From Rhina ancylostomus (lineage: Eukaryota), in NCBI GenBank assembly GCA_030265395.1, contig JARFYF010000036.1, forward strand, positions 27,120,397-27,184,396: a DNA stretch of 64,000 nucleotides. Direction: 5' to 3'. Shown here one piece after another: positions 51,414 to 64,000 of the stretch. Both the position numbers and the translations under genes were made by a program. The notes under the pieces were generated by a model, which did not search any database, had not been told where the DNA came from, and worked only from the letters and a program-made list of their open reading frames with translations. Within the stretch, counting starts at the first letter, position 1. Each line of letters begins with the position of its first letter.

Positions 51414-52652
51414 CTTTAAATCAGCTGAAAATTCTTTTCCTACAGAATCCATGGGCAAGTCCTGAGACATTGAAGTCAAAGTGGACAAGAAACTCGCTGA
51501 TTCTGTCAGATGGGGTAAAGGGGACAGACTCCTACTTTCTTCTCTGATGTTTTCACTAAGCCGATCAATTTTCTCAGTAACAGATGCCAACTCGGTCTTT
51601 AAGCCAAGAAGCCTTGAGTTAATGCTGCTCATTAAATTAGGATCACTGACGTTTGTAGCTTCCTCACTTTTTTCCTTGAAAGACTGTGTTGGTAAATCAA
51701 TGGTCGAACAAAACTTGGCATCAGAAACGAAGCCACTTGTGTCTGAGATTAATAGATCAATAACTTCACTAACAAGTTCAGCTTGGTCTTTAATACCGAA
51801 CAGAATTTCGAGGTCTTTTGTTCCGAACAACCTACCAGTGAAGTCATCATTATCAGCAATTCTGCTGCTCCCACTTCCAGAGGTTCTCTCTTGAGGTTCT
51901 TTCAAATCATTTTCTCCTCCTACTGGTACTTCTCTTCGAGGCTGTGATGAAGAGATATCTAGAGAGTCACTAACCTCTGCATCAAACTCTTTGCAGCACT
52001 TTTGGCACTGGTAGGATGCCAAGTCATAGCGCTGAAGATTTGAAACGAGTACACGATTCTCATATTCCAGCTTTTTGACTTTCCCATTGAGGTCACTGAT
52101 TTGGAGTCTTGCTGACATGAGCTCCTCTTGGGAAGGCTCGTTCAACGATGGACAACTATCTGACCATGCTGACTCCTGATTACACTCACTCTTGTATCGG
52201 TTTAGTTCATTCATGAGGTGTTTATTTTGGTCTTCTAACTCAATCAAGGATCGCCTCAGGAGTTCTGCCTCCTCTTCAACAAACTGAAGTTGACGCCGAA
52301 GTTCTCCAATGTTCTCCCCAAACTCGCCATAGCTTGTGCTGGTGATTCCCAGTCTAATGTCCTGGCCTAAAGGTTCTTTCTCACAGTGACCTTTAAGCTC
52401 ATCCATTTCAGCTTTGAGTCCACGGTTTTCCACCTCAAGTTCAACTGTCCTTCGGCTCAAGATGTTGGCTTCCTCCTCGACCAACTTTAGATGCAGTTTT
52501 AACTCTGCTTCTCTCACATGAGGAGACTCCCCAATATCACCAACAGACACCGCGTTGTCTAAGTCGCCGTAGAGAGAGCTGTACTTCACTAGCTCTTCTC
52601 TCATGGTTTCATTCTCCTTTACTAACTTGGTCAGCTTTTTACACATCACGGC
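51414..52652 (-). CDS. SOGA1: SOGA1/MTCL2 large coiled-coil exon (5' end and acceptor lost in N gap 52653-52752)
   Basis: ORF 51321..52649 reads AVMCKKLTKLVKENETMREEL...SADLK, with donor AAG|GTAATA at 51413. Contains coiled-coil repeats (LKLVEEEANILSRR, LQFVEEEAELLRRSL). Confidence 0.93.
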
Positions 52653-52752
52653 NNNNNNNNNNNNNNNNNNNNNNNNNNNNNNNNNNNNNNNNNNNNNNNN
52701 NNNNNNNNNNNNNNNNNNNNNNNNNNNNNNNNNNNNNNNNNNNNNNNNNNNN

Positions 52753-52900
52753 TTGTTTTTACCTGTACTACCTCAATGCACTCTGTACTGACTCAATGTA
52801 ACTGCACCGTGTAATGAATTGACCTGTACGATCGGTGTGCAAGACAAGTTTTTCACTGGACCTCGGTATAAGTAACAATAGTAAACCAATACCAATACCA
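52753..52900 (+). mobile_element. LINE 3' UTR copy (family of 9317-9575)
   Basis: tgtactacctcaatgcact...caagacaagtttttcactg...(accaat)n tail. Confidence 0.6.
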
Positions 52901-53564
52901 ATTAAAAAAAACAAATAAATAAATGTTTTTCTTTCTATTTGCATTTCTTGATGCATGTGCAGACAATGTGGCTTTGCATTGTGGAAAATCACAATCTGGA
53001 TGGTTTTCTAGGAACGCAAACCCTCCTCTCTAGTAACTTGGGAGTCGTCTGTATTTAAAATGAGATCTCCCCATCCCCCCAACTCCTCACTCAGGACCTG
53101 CTCGCTGCACTGTAGGGTGAAGGAGGGAGGGATATGGGACAAGGGGATAGATAAGAGATAATAGATTAGATATAAGGACAAGATGCTGGGGGAAGGCATA
53201 TGGGACAAGGGGAGAACATTCAACCCCTTGCGCCTGCACCCAGTCCAGTTTCAGGTCCCTGCCCATCACGTTGCTCTGCCTTCAATATCCTGTCCATCTC
53301 AGGTATTTATTTAACGGACTGAACATCTACTGCCTCCTGTGGGTTCTTCCCCCAATCAACCACAACCAATTCTTTCACACCCATGTGGTTTGCTATGTTC
53401 AGATTTAAGATCAGCTTCACTTTCAAACTGGAGGTAAAATTCTGTCATTTCAATGATCACTCTTCCCCACAGACCCCTTTGATTACTTCACTGCACAACA
53501 CTATCCGTTTCTATCACTGTGTCTTCTTTCTCTCTCTCCTCTTTCTCTGCCCCCTTTCACTACA

Positions 53565-53975
53565 CAGACCACCTACATTTTTGTCCAAATCGTTTGTATC
53601 TACCACACACAACTGGTCCCAGCACCGATCCCTGTGGAATGCCACTGGTCACAGAGCTCTTTCCCACGCCTCTTTCCCAGGGCACCAGTGCTCAATACAA
53701 CAGGGCATAGCTTTAAAGTAATGGGTGGGAAGTTCAGGGGAGATGTCAGAGGGAGGTTTTTCACCCAGAGAGTGGTAGGTGCATGGTATGCGCTGCCTAG
53801 GGTGGTAGTGCAGGCAGATACGTTGGACAGGCTCAAGAGATTGTTGGATAGGCATATGGAGGAATGTGGGATAGAGGGATATGCAGGAGGAAAGGGTCGG
53901 ATAGTGTGAGGTGTGGCTTGATGGGCAGCACAATATGGTGGGCCGAAGGGCCTGTATTGTGCTGTATTGTTCAAT
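53565..53975 (+). mobile_element. CR1/HER1 3' end with an inverted 5' segment
   Basis: 53668-53975 is sense (LFPRAPVLNTTGHSFKVMGGKFRGDVRGRFFTQRVVGAW); 53565-53659 is an antisense RT segment (VTSGIPQGSVLGP). Confidence 0.75.
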
Positions 53976-54559
53976 GGTTCTTACACACTGGAGACAATTT
54001 ACTAACCTATCAGAGGTGGGAGGCGATGGTGGTGCTGTTTAGGATGGGCTTGTGATGGCCAATTGTACACAGTGACCTCACTTTTTAATCCTCCCTCTTC
54101 CAAACAATGTGAAGCAGAATTCACTGAGTGTTGGTTTGCTCACCCAACTTGGAGAAATTTGGAAAGAAAGGATAATTTCTTGTCTAGGTGGAAAGGAAAA
54201 TTATCATGGATTTGGGAGTGGATGGAGAGTTTGGGGATAGAGGTTTAAAACAAAGGAGGTTCACAGAGTCTTGGAAGATTTGCTCTAAACTTGATTTCGA
54301 TAAGGCAGGAGAAGGGAAAGATGGGCAGTCTGCTCCTGAGTATAAGCAAAAATGCATGCTCTATTGTGGGGCACCTGGTTTCACAAATGTTAGGAAACCA
54401 GGTGTCCCACAACTGCAGTAGGTGAGGAATGGTTTTTGTAGAAGGTAAGGTCTTTACAGAGCATGAGATGGCTGGATTAGCAGGAGAATTTTCCCTAGTC
54501 CCTGAGACTCCTCCACCATCAGAACATTTACCCATCTTCCTGATCCTGCTTGGTCCTGG

Positions 54560-54765
54560 TTAGTTACTGGTCCATTGTAAATATCACCTGTAAATGAGTG
54601 ATAAAATCAGTGAGGTTGGGTGGGTAGGGTGTGGGGGGAGGTGTGCTTGCAGTTGATAGGAATATGAACAGAATAAAAAGGGATTAGTACAGGATAAATG
54701 TAAATGGGTGCTTGATGGTCAGACTTGGTAGATAGAAGGGGCTGTTTCCATGCATTATGATTCTA
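54560..54765 (+). mobile_element. V-SINE 3' half
   Basis: ccattgtaaat...aatgggtgcttgatggtcag...gctgtttccatgc. Confidence 0.55.
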
Positions 54766-55469
54766 ATAGTCTCCAGAAACAGATTTTATTCATCACCTGG
54801 GATGGATATCAGACTTACTTTGCTTTGTAGCATACTTCAAAGTCCATTTAGTCCAGCTGGAGGTCAACCCTACAAGCAGAAAACCTGTCACTGCCAAGAG
54901 AAACAGATTATGCAGTCAATGTTCCACTGTCTGATAATTTCAACTTAAAGTTTCTCAAGTAAAACTTAACTGCACCCAGTGCCTTTGCAACCAACCCCTG
55001 TTACGGTTCAGCCCAATAACTCCCTCTTACCTCCCCATCTATGCCTGGAATAGAATATCTAACTCTATCTGTGTTCTCCCTTTAGTATATTTTATTGTGC
55101 ACTGCTGGGAAATGTTCAAACAGTAAGATATGCTGGTACAGTTCTCCTTGCTTTCTTGAGTCTTCTGACCAAAATGTTTGTTTGCTTGATAAATAGGGGC
55201 TGCCTCTGCATTAATTTCTCAAACACTTTTTTTGCATAAGGATTATCTAAATTTGAGAACTGCTTATCTCTACTCGCTATTCTTTATAATCTCTCTTAAT
55301 TTGCACTATGGTTGGTTAACCTGAATTCTCTCTGTGACCTTTGAGGCAAGGATTATGTATTTAGGTATTTGAAGCAGTGGTTACTGGGGAGTTGTCGGAG
55401 AGCTTAACCGCTGGTGGAAGCTATTAAAAAGATGGGTGGAATGCATGCATAGGGTCGATGAGGCCTTCT

Positions 55470-55880
55470 CATAGAGTCATACAGCATGGAACAGGCCCTT
55501 TGGACCAACTCATCCATACCAACCAAGATGCCCATCTAAGCTAGTCCCATTTGCCCGCATTTAGCCCATATACCTCTAAATCTTTCCTATCCATTTAAGA
55601 TATAAGATTTCTTTATTAGTCACATGTACATCGAGACACACAGTGAAATACATTTTTTGCGTAGAGTGTTCTGGGGGCAGCCCTCAAGTGTCATCACGCT
55701 TCCGGCGCCAACATAGCATGCCCACAACTTCCTAAATTGTACATCTTTGGAATGTGGGAGGAAACCGGAGAACCTGGAGGAAACCACACAGTCATGGGTA
55801 GAACGTACAAGCTCGTTAAAGACAGTGGCTGGAATTGAACCTAGGTCGCTGGTGTTATAATGGCATTGTGCTAACTGCTA
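55470..55880 (-). mobile_element. CR1 3' tail (55470-55595) adjacent to a minus-strand V-SINE-type element (55595-55880)
   Basis: atagagtcatacagcatggaacaggccctt tail; tctttggaatgtgggaggaaaccggag...ggaattgaacctaggtcgctgg V-domain and tRNA head. Confidence 0.7.
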
Positions 55881-57075
55881 CATACCCTTCAGTTTTTAAA
55901 TTGTCAAACAAGTTGATTGCACGCAAGGGGAACAACATATTGCAATTTAAAGAGTATCACTGTTATCCTAATATTAACAATTCCCTATCATGGACAAATA
56001 CGTGCAAGCCAGCTGGGGAGAGGGTGATGATTCAGAGAGTGAATCGCTCCTCAAACACTTCATCTGCTGGTCAGCTTCAAACCAATTGACAAAGTATTTA
56101 GGAGAAAGAGAATACGGAAAGAAAGGCAGCACCCCCTTGTCATCCTCGTATATAAAAACATGAAAAGGTACGTTATGCAAAGCCTTAACTGAAGTATTAT
56201 TGATAAAGATTCAAAAACAAGATCTGTATTATGCATGCAAGCAACAGAAGACTCATCCAGAGATCATGAGCCTGTCTTAACTTGCTAAATCTAACAAAGG
56301 AAGATACAAGCACTGCCAGCGAGTTACAGACTGCGCATTTCAAATTATGTACAGCTTTCTAACGTAAGAAATTACTCCTTTGCAAAAGTGCAAACCATGA
56401 TCACTCAGCGAAAGCTCTCAGGCATTTTTCTAGGGTCTCCTAACACCAACCATCAATTCCCACCGCTAGGGTGAATGGAATTTTTATGTTGCGACCAAAG
56501 CTGTTCTGTAATTAGATGATTTGAGAATCTTATTAAACTGTAGAATTGTTGGCAAAGAGCCATGGTTGTACTTAAGGAAGTTTTCAAGCAGCTTGTTCAA
56601 ATACAGTACCCTCAGAGCTATCTGACCAGCTACCAGCAATTTCTGAACTCCAGTAACAGCTGTAATACTGGCAGTGAAAACCTTTGTAATGTGGTATGCA
56701 CAAGAACATTTCCAGATATGGACAAGAGTGCCACACTTAATCACATCTGTCCATTTCAGTTTGTAGTCATTTTGCTCGGATGACATGGCAGTGAACTTCT
56801 TGAAATATTACACTGCCATTAAAGATGATCCCTTGGATGACCCTTCTAATTACATGTCTGTTACATTACTTTTATTCCAGTTTTCTTTGCTAATATACGT
56901 GTATCTTAACAGATAAATTCAAGGACCATCCTAACTAACTTGTACACATGCATAAATCATTGTTGATGTCTCATCTACTAGAAGGTTAAAGACTCTCACA
57001 TGGAGGTCATACAACTGGAAATATTTATTAAAAAAAAACACCATTGTCCTCCATGAAACTGAACAGGCTCTGTAC

Positions 57076-57138
57076 CTGTGGCAAGGGTTTCTTTTCTTGT
57101 TTTGTGGTGACACGGCTATTTCTCTTCTTCAGGGAACT
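57076..57138 (-). CDS. SOGA1: SOGA1/MTCL2 coding exon (63 nt, phase 0-0): SSLKKRNSRVTTKQEKKPLPQ
   Basis: Strong acceptor cttgtttcttctctttccag and donor CAG|GTACAG. The peptide resembles the short SSLK..R...K.EKK...Q exon that precedes the large coiled-coil exon in SOGA-family genes. Confidence 0.8.
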
Positions 57139-58142
57139 CTGGAAAGAGAAGAAACAAGATACTTTATTATATTTATAGATGCTTAAGATCAATGGCTTTA
57201 ATCTATCCCAAAAAATCACAGAATCAGTGGTCCACTGCTCACTTTCCACAAACCCTGTTGCCTGCTTTATTAAATCAAAAACATCATGTGCATACGATTA
57301 TCTGTCACAGATCACTTAACTAAGGATAGCAGCCAGATACAAACTACACTGTTTATGCTCACTGAACATGGAGGAGATAAAAAGACTAATAGAATGGGTA
57401 TTTGCTCATCAGGTTCTTGGAGAAAAAGAAAATCACCACCATTTATTTCTGGTTGAATGTGATACAATAACGTTTAGCTTTCTGACTGGCTATGGGCATC
57501 TGTAAGCATGCACATAGTACAAAAAATTGGACTGAACTAGGGTCAATCAAGGTGCACTTGACCTTGGATGAACTGCTTTCTTTGATCTTGTTCATAAATT
57601 AATCTGAATTTTCATCTCCCACTGAAATCCACATGGTGACGTTGAGTGGTACCAGCTGCTTCAGTACTTTAGAAAAAAGCCAGCGAATGGAACACATCTT
57701 TAATTCTAATCACACAATAAAATGACTTTGTATCCAAAAAGGGAAGATGATAAGCTTATTTTAAAATAAAACGAGCAGTATGGTAAAATTCTGATAATCT
57801 GTTGTCTTACTGTTTGGAAATTCAAATCATTAGGCATTAGGTTCATGTTGTCCTGTTTCCCGTGTTTCCTTTAAGCTTAGCGGGGCCCTGTTGCCCTGCT
57901 TCTTTTAAACTTACCTGGTTCTATTTCCCACAATCACTTTGAACTCAGTGGGTTCACTGGAAAATTTATTATGCCACTGTGAAACATCTTTAAAAAAAGA
58001 ATTAAACGTGTGTTGGTGTGTTAACAGGAGTAATATCCAATAGTCTGGCAAGTCCCCAGGGTGCCAGATTAACAGAACGTTATTGTACTCTGTTCTGAAA
58101 GCACTTTCGGACCATCCCTTTTTGGTTTGTTACTTTTCCATC

Positions 58143-58187
58143 TACTGGTTTATTCCATTTACTGGTTTATTCCATTTACTGGTTTAT
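58143..58187. repeat. Tandem repeat, 18-bp unit tactggtttattccattt x2.5
   Basis: Read directly from the sequence. Confidence 0.9.
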
Positions 58188-58709
58188 AATGGAAGAAATA
58201 CTTGTATCACATATACACTCCTTCCATTCATTTAAAATCTGTTACAGCCAACCTCTGTTCTAGCATTCAATTCTTTGCTAATAAAGTGATTCATTATTAG
58301 GATAGTATTGAATGCTTTATGCCTACTTCTGCAACAAGGTCATCAATCATTGGTTTTGATCAATAGACTGAGGTGCATATGAAAAAATGCTTGTGTCAGA
58401 TATCAGTGGGCAAATTAAGCAGTGCTTTATCATTACTCTGGTCAAAAGAAAATTCGAGGTAAAATGTTCTCACTTCGTTACCTATCAACCATGTGTTTGA
58501 TGACAGCCAATGACTCTTGGTCTACCAAGTGCCTTTTTAAAACAAAATCCTTCAAGCTCAAATCACACCATTATCTGCTGCTCTCCATTTTCTTAACCTT
58601 TTCTGAGCCCTCCAGTTTATACTTCTTTGTATCCCCTTTGACCTTCTCCATTCTTTTGTCATTGCTGCATTCAACAACCAGACCCCAAGCTTTGGGAATT
58701 CCTTCCCAC

Positions 58710-59680
58710 AAGAACAAAAAAATGAAAGCAGGAGTAGGCCATTCAGTCTTCACTATTCAACACAATCAAGGATTAGCCTCTATCTCAATGTCATATTATG
58801 CTCTCTTCACATTACCCCTGATGCCTTGTGTGTAGAAATCTATTTACCTCCTTCTTAAATATATTCAGTGACTTTGCTTCCTTCTGTGATTGAGAATACC
58901 ACAGGTTCATCACCCCCTCCCAAGTGAATAAATTTTTCCACAACTCAGTTATGTCTTCAACACTATTCTGAGACAATGAGCTCTTGTTCTAAATACAAAG
59001 GGAAATGTCCTCCCGATGGTTTATATATTTCAATGAGATCCCCTCTCATTCTTCTAAACAGGAATGGTTAACCCATTGTACTCCTCTGTGGCAAGTAACC
59101 CTTACCTAGATAAGGTGACCGAAACTGTACACACTACTCCATGTGTAATCTGTAGCAAAACACCATTACCCCTTTTATAAAAATTTCTTGTAATGGCGGC
59201 CAACATAGTATTTGCCTTCTTAACTGCTTGTTTTACCCGCATGTTTACTTTCAGAAATTGGTCTGCAAGGACATCCAGGTCCCTTTGTGCATCAACATTT
59301 TGCAGTCTCTCGCCATTTAAGTAATACTCTGTTTTTTCATTTCCTTTCAAAGTGGATAGCTTCACATTTATCCTCTTTATTTTGCATCTTGCAGGCATTA
59401 TACTTGTATTTGCCAAATGTAGGCCTCTGATTTCTCCTCACAACTCACAGTCCCATGCATTTTGACAAGTTCCAACAAACTTGAAAACACTGCATTTGGT
59501 TCCTCATCCAAATCAACGATGAATATCGTGAATAGCTGGGGCCCACGCACCGAACCTCGTGGTACCTCAATTGTTGCACCTGTCAATGTTTGAAAAGTTC
59601 AGTTTATTCCCTCTTTCCATTACCTACCAGTCAACCAATTTTCAATCCATTCCAACATATTACCCAAATTCCTTGTCCAA
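58710..59680 (-). mobile_element. CR1 LINE 3' fragment
   Basis: ORFs 59102..59416 and 59398..59586: VPRGSVRGPQLFTIFIVDLDE, YYLNGERLQ...QRDLDVL, VKKANTMLA. Confidence 0.85.
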
Positions 59681-61424
59681 AAATCTGTCCCCTCTCTGAT
59701 TTAAAGCTGCTGCATAAAACCTATCTCCATGCAGCCTTTTTCTTTGGCCGTGTATCCAACTTTGTCTGATTGTGCTCCTGCACAGCACCTTGGGATGTTT
59801 TGCTCTATTAAAGGTGCCTAAAATTGCAAACTGTTGTTGGTCAGAGGATTGTTAATGGAAATCATACTGTTAAATGAACAATTTGGAAAAAGTATCATCA
59901 CCAAGCTGTCACATTTTTCAGTGTCATTTTAAAGTTTCAGTGGCAACTAAAAATAAATGAAATAACCAACAGAACACTTGGGAATTTAGAAGCTATAAAA
60001 ATCTTTGTTCCCTGAGAAATATATGATGAAAATCTTGAACAATTCATAATAAACATAACACTAGAGCATTTTGCCATATGTTAAATGAGGATTTCAATCT
60101 CCCCAGTTACAAGGCAACAGTTCTGAGATGTCAGCCTGGCTCAGATCCCAGAAAATTGCTTGATTTTCTCCACACATTCTTATGCGATGATGTTAAAATA
60201 ACGTAGGTTTTAACTTAAAACCAAAATCTATTTGCGTGGTCAAGATGCTCCTTTTGAAACAAGACTGTAGATGGGAAATTGCAAACAAACACATGCAGCA
60301 GTGAATGACAGACTTATTCCCAAAATATCAACCACCACCAAATCCCAATGAAAGATTTAATACAAAATTTTTTTTTAATTGCACTAAATAGCTGAACTAA
60401 ATCTGTTATCCAATTTCAGAAACATTCACAACTGTACAGTCAGACATTGCCTTTGTGCACGTTGCATTCTCGAGAAAATAATGGCTGGCTGTATCATTCA
60501 ACGATGCGCCTTTTTTGTGGTCTCCAAGATTAGAGAATTGTATCCAATTATTTGAGGGCAAGTCTACTGACCAGCAACGATAAAATGCATCATTTATAGA
60601 TATAGATTTGAGAAGTTACAATAATATGCTTCACATTTACCACCTGCATCTTGGAAACCAGTCAATTCGACTTTATTTGAATATAATCAAATTTCAATTG
60701 CTAAAATACCACAAAGATTACCAGACTCCAGAGAGGCTGCTATAGAAGCTCTCTCCACGGAGATCAATAAAAATGTTCAGGTCAGTTGCATATTCCATTT
60801 ACTTGCTGGGATTTATGCCCAATAGTAATCCCCAGGAATAAACAAGAAAATAGCATTGTGTAAATGTAGCACTGTAAGTTTACATAAATAGCTTGCAGTT
60901 CAGTTTGCAACTTCAACGAATATTTGGTATCGAGTCTTTCTGGCTGAATATATCTTGTTACATCCGCTCACATGGCAACATGAAAGTGGCTTAATAACAT
61001 GATAGGCTGTTGAGTATCCATAAACCAAGGGTTTGTTATCCAAGGAAAAAGGAGGGCCAGTTTTTCAAATTTGGTCAATTACAAGTATCCAAACCACAAT
61101 GCACATAAATCCCTATTAAATAACAGTTCAGAGATTTAGTACTTTCTGTATCAGTGGTGGGCAACATTTTTGTGGAGGGCCAGATTTAAAATCCAAGCCA
61201 CTTCCCAAAACCACACACGAGAAAAATATTTTAATTGTACATAATTCTGATATTTTTAGACATGTTTAAAGACACAGACACCAGTGTCCTGGAAGCTCCA
61301 TTCAGCCTCCTCGTTACTGCTTTGTTGGCTTCATGCTGCCACCACACAGCTCTACATCTCTAGCGCTCCTTTCCATCTTGCCAATGACCTCCAAATATCT
61401 CATTAAACAAAAATGAGATGAGAT

Positions 61425-61650
61425 GGTCTCTTGACCTCACAATCCACCTTGTTATGACCTTGCACCTTATTGTCTACCTGCAATGCATTTCCCTGTCGCT
61501 GTGACACTTTACTCTGTATTACGTTATTGTTTTTACTCTGTACTACCTCGATGCACTGTGTAATGAAATGATCTGTATGAACCGTATACAGGACAAGTTT
61601 TTCCACTGTACCTTGGTAAGAATGACAATAATAAACCAATATCAATATCA
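61425..61650 (+). mobile_element. LINE 3' UTR copy (family of 9317-9575)
   Basis: ctcttgacctcacaatccaccttgttatgaccttgcacc...gacaataataaaccaat. Confidence 0.65.
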
Positions 61651-64000
61651 GTAAATACTCAGCTGGTCAGGCAGTATTTGTGGAGAGAAAAACAGAGGTA
61701 ATGTTTCAGGTCAAGGACTTTTTAAATCATAACTTACAAGTGGCCATTCATCAGAAACACTCACTATGGATGTTGTCAGACCTACTGAGTATTTTCAACT
61801 TTTTTTTTGTCTTCTTTCAAATTTCTGGCATCTACATTATTTTGTTTTTCATCATCTCCCTTCTTGTTTTAAAATTGATCAAGTCTTTCTGTTTGGTGAG
61901 GAGAAAGGATTTTTATTTGAATGGCCTAAATAAAAGTCAACATTCACAATAATTCTGTGGAATTAGTGAAGCAGAGGTAAACTCTGCACTGTGAAATAAA
62001 GTCGACAATGAAACACTCCAAACCATTTAGGAAAACACCTAAAAACTTTTTTAAAAACTGGCTGTTCACAGCTTCCTCTCTGGGGCAAATATTTCCCATT
62101 CCCATGATTCAGGAAGCTGGACACATTTCCTCCCTACCCACCCTCAATAACGTCTGTATTTCAAAGCATCAGTTTTTTCCAGTATCCCTTGTTCACAAGC
62201 TTGCACCTGTTTACAGTAAGAGTAGCACAAGGGACGGAGGCAAGGGCAGAGATAATAGTAGAAACAATCTTATAGCCTAGAACCCGCATGTCTAAAATAA
62301 CTCTGTAGAATTGCAGTTAGACCCAGCAAGAAACATTTTTCACAGAATTCTACACTGAATCACCAGTACTGTATCTCTATCACACAGTGACCTATATTAA
62401 CCCACCAGTACAGTGTTCCAGTGTTATATGGAGAAGGTCCATGTCCAGAGTATTGTATTCCTAATATAAAAACAGAACATGCTGGAAACACTCAACAGGT
62501 CAGGAAGCATCTATGGAAAGATATGCTGCCAGACCTGCTGAGCGTTTTCAGTATTTTCTGTTTTTATTTCATATTTTCCAGCATTTTCAAGCACGGTACT
62601 CCTTTTTAAACCCAGTGACCTGGCTGTACCCACCAGCACTGTGCTGTTGTTATACAGGAAGAGACGTATGCCTGCCAGTGGAATACACCCATATCTTGAC
62701 GTGGATACAGACCTGGATCAGGATTTGGGCAGAGGGGACTGGACCATGCCCAATGTGGTCCCCGGGTATTTCAACCCTGTGCACCCGACTCCAGGCCTAG
62801 TTGGAGTCCAGATGGACACTGGGGGTGGTTGAGCCCTACTTCTGATCTGTAGCTACAGCCTCCAGTGCTGTTCCTTGTACCTGCAACCTTCTGCCTGACG
62901 ATGTCATGGGGGATGTGGGTGTCCTGGTAATTTGCAGGAACCAGTAAGATGAGTAACCAGGCAGGACCAAAGTGGATCTTGCAAGGTCACAGGGCCAACC
63001 AATGCTAGTGGACTACATGGAACCATCCCATGTGCTGGGCAAGGCCTCTGGCTCTAGATAAAAAAGAACACCTCCAAGGGTTTGAATTAGCTATTGGTTC
63101 AATCATTCAGGGTCAGGAGCACCAGGACACTTACCTCACTCTTAAAATTTGGGTGTGATTTTAAACAGGGTCCTTTCACAACTTCATCAGGACCCATCAC
63201 CAATTTTAATTTCACAACCGAGCAGGAAACAGCATTCAACTAACAATTCAAATCATGGCCGGAAGAGACCAAACAGATACTTTAATGAACTTGTGATGTG
63301 AACACCAGAGATAAACTGCTTCTTTCCTACACCCTGCCCCCAAACAGGTAAAAGATCCTCTCCTGCTTTCTGGGACCTCGTGTGTGGAGCTACAGGTAAT
63401 TTTTATTTCATTGCCTATCAAAAGCTAGGCGAGAATAACTGGAGCCACAAGGCGCAATATTACTCACTGAGTCATAGAATTTTAAGTGCTCAAAGTCAGG
63501 TGTACACCTCCACTTTCCCCACCTTTTATTTTTTAGCAAAATAAAAACAGAGAATAAGAACTGAATTGTAACGTCATTCTTCTCTGCATTACATTACAAG
63601 TCAGAACATCAAGTAGTTAAATTGCCATATGCATAAAAGACAGGAAAATACATAAACATACTTTGCTGTACAAATTTTGCTACATACCAGTTTGCTTCAC
63701 TTTAAACACAACCTATTTTGTACTTTGGGGTGTACATATGACAAGATGTGGTACTTTACTGATGTAACTTCTTCCTTTCTTATCCCTACAGTAGATCATT
63801 GCTGCACAAAGCTTTGGCTCTAATATACAGTCATCAAACTAAAAGTTTACAAATGACCAACTTGAAATATAGATGTTTGGTTCACTTAAGGCGATTTACA
63901 CCGCTGATGTTGGGAGCGGATTGTGCCCTTGTGATAAGGCTGTTTGAAAGAACACAAATCATTGCTATCTTGAAAACATAAAGGGAATGACAGCCAATTT

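Larger units (their letters stand above)
22393..57138 (-). other. SOGA1: SOGA1/MTCL2 gene, 3' portion (coding span of 11 exons in window; 5' exons beyond position 64000)
   Basis: Exons join in frame with GT-AG boundaries. The translation carries motifs I recall from vertebrate SOGA1/MTCL2: MCKKLTKL..EN, LKLVEEEANILSRR.VELEVENRGL, KSVSSMSEFESLLD, CCSPKYGSPKLQRR, AWARSTTTRDSPVL, YGIVQEFFRNVCGR, CDCTSQSLTSCF. The last two favour SOGA1 over the paralogue MTCL1. Confidence 0.9.

Noticed and set aside
51481-51894. Plus-strand ORFs overlapping the large SOGA1 exons (also 24049-24750)
   Set aside because: Antisense shadow ORFs caused by codon bias of the real coding strand.
63168-63195. Minus-strand GGGTCCTGATGAAGTTGTGAAAGGACCC, resembling a hammerhead core or box C motif in a 6-bp stem
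   Set aside because: No helix II, no helix III and no UH cleavage site; no box D partner. Probably chance.
1-64000. Prokaryotic-type systems (CRISPR arrays, operons) and rRNA/tRNA genes
   Set aside because: The sequence is intron-rich vertebrate DNA; no regularly spaced repeat-spacer array was seen, and tRNA-like motifs occur only as SINE heads.

Overview
Eukaryotic, AT-rich vertebrate genomic DNA with about a dozen N gaps. The repeat content (CR1/HER1-type LINEs, V-SINE/HE1-type SINEs, Deu-domain SINEs, RTE and Rex/Babar 3' ends) points to a cartilaginous fish (shark or ray); this is inference. The main feature is the 3' portion of a minus-strand SOGA1 (MTCL2) gene of the MTCL/SOGA coiled-coil family. 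Eleven coding exons can be read between 57138 and the stop codon at 22393-22395, about 1,350 aa in-window; all have GT-AG boundaries except one acceptor lost in a gap, and the 5' exons lie beyond the window. A long 3' UTR possibly ends near 14030. The most interesting observation is a 90-nt, ~92% identical inverted copy (41013-41102) of the 3' end and 5' splice site of one coding exon (39615-39704), 1.3 kb away in the upstream intron. In the pre-mRNA it should form a long duplex with two A:C mismatches, the architecture of an ADAR editing-complementary sequence or a splice-site-masking element. Other candidates are an internal alternative first exon, an in-frame 57-nt cassette exon, two long intronic hairpins, a decayed Harbinger transposase, a 5'-inverted CR1 insertion and degenerate hammerhead-like motifs in a fold-back repeat family. 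No protein-coding host gene could be supported in 1-14 kb. Family assignments rest on recalled motifs, not database searches.
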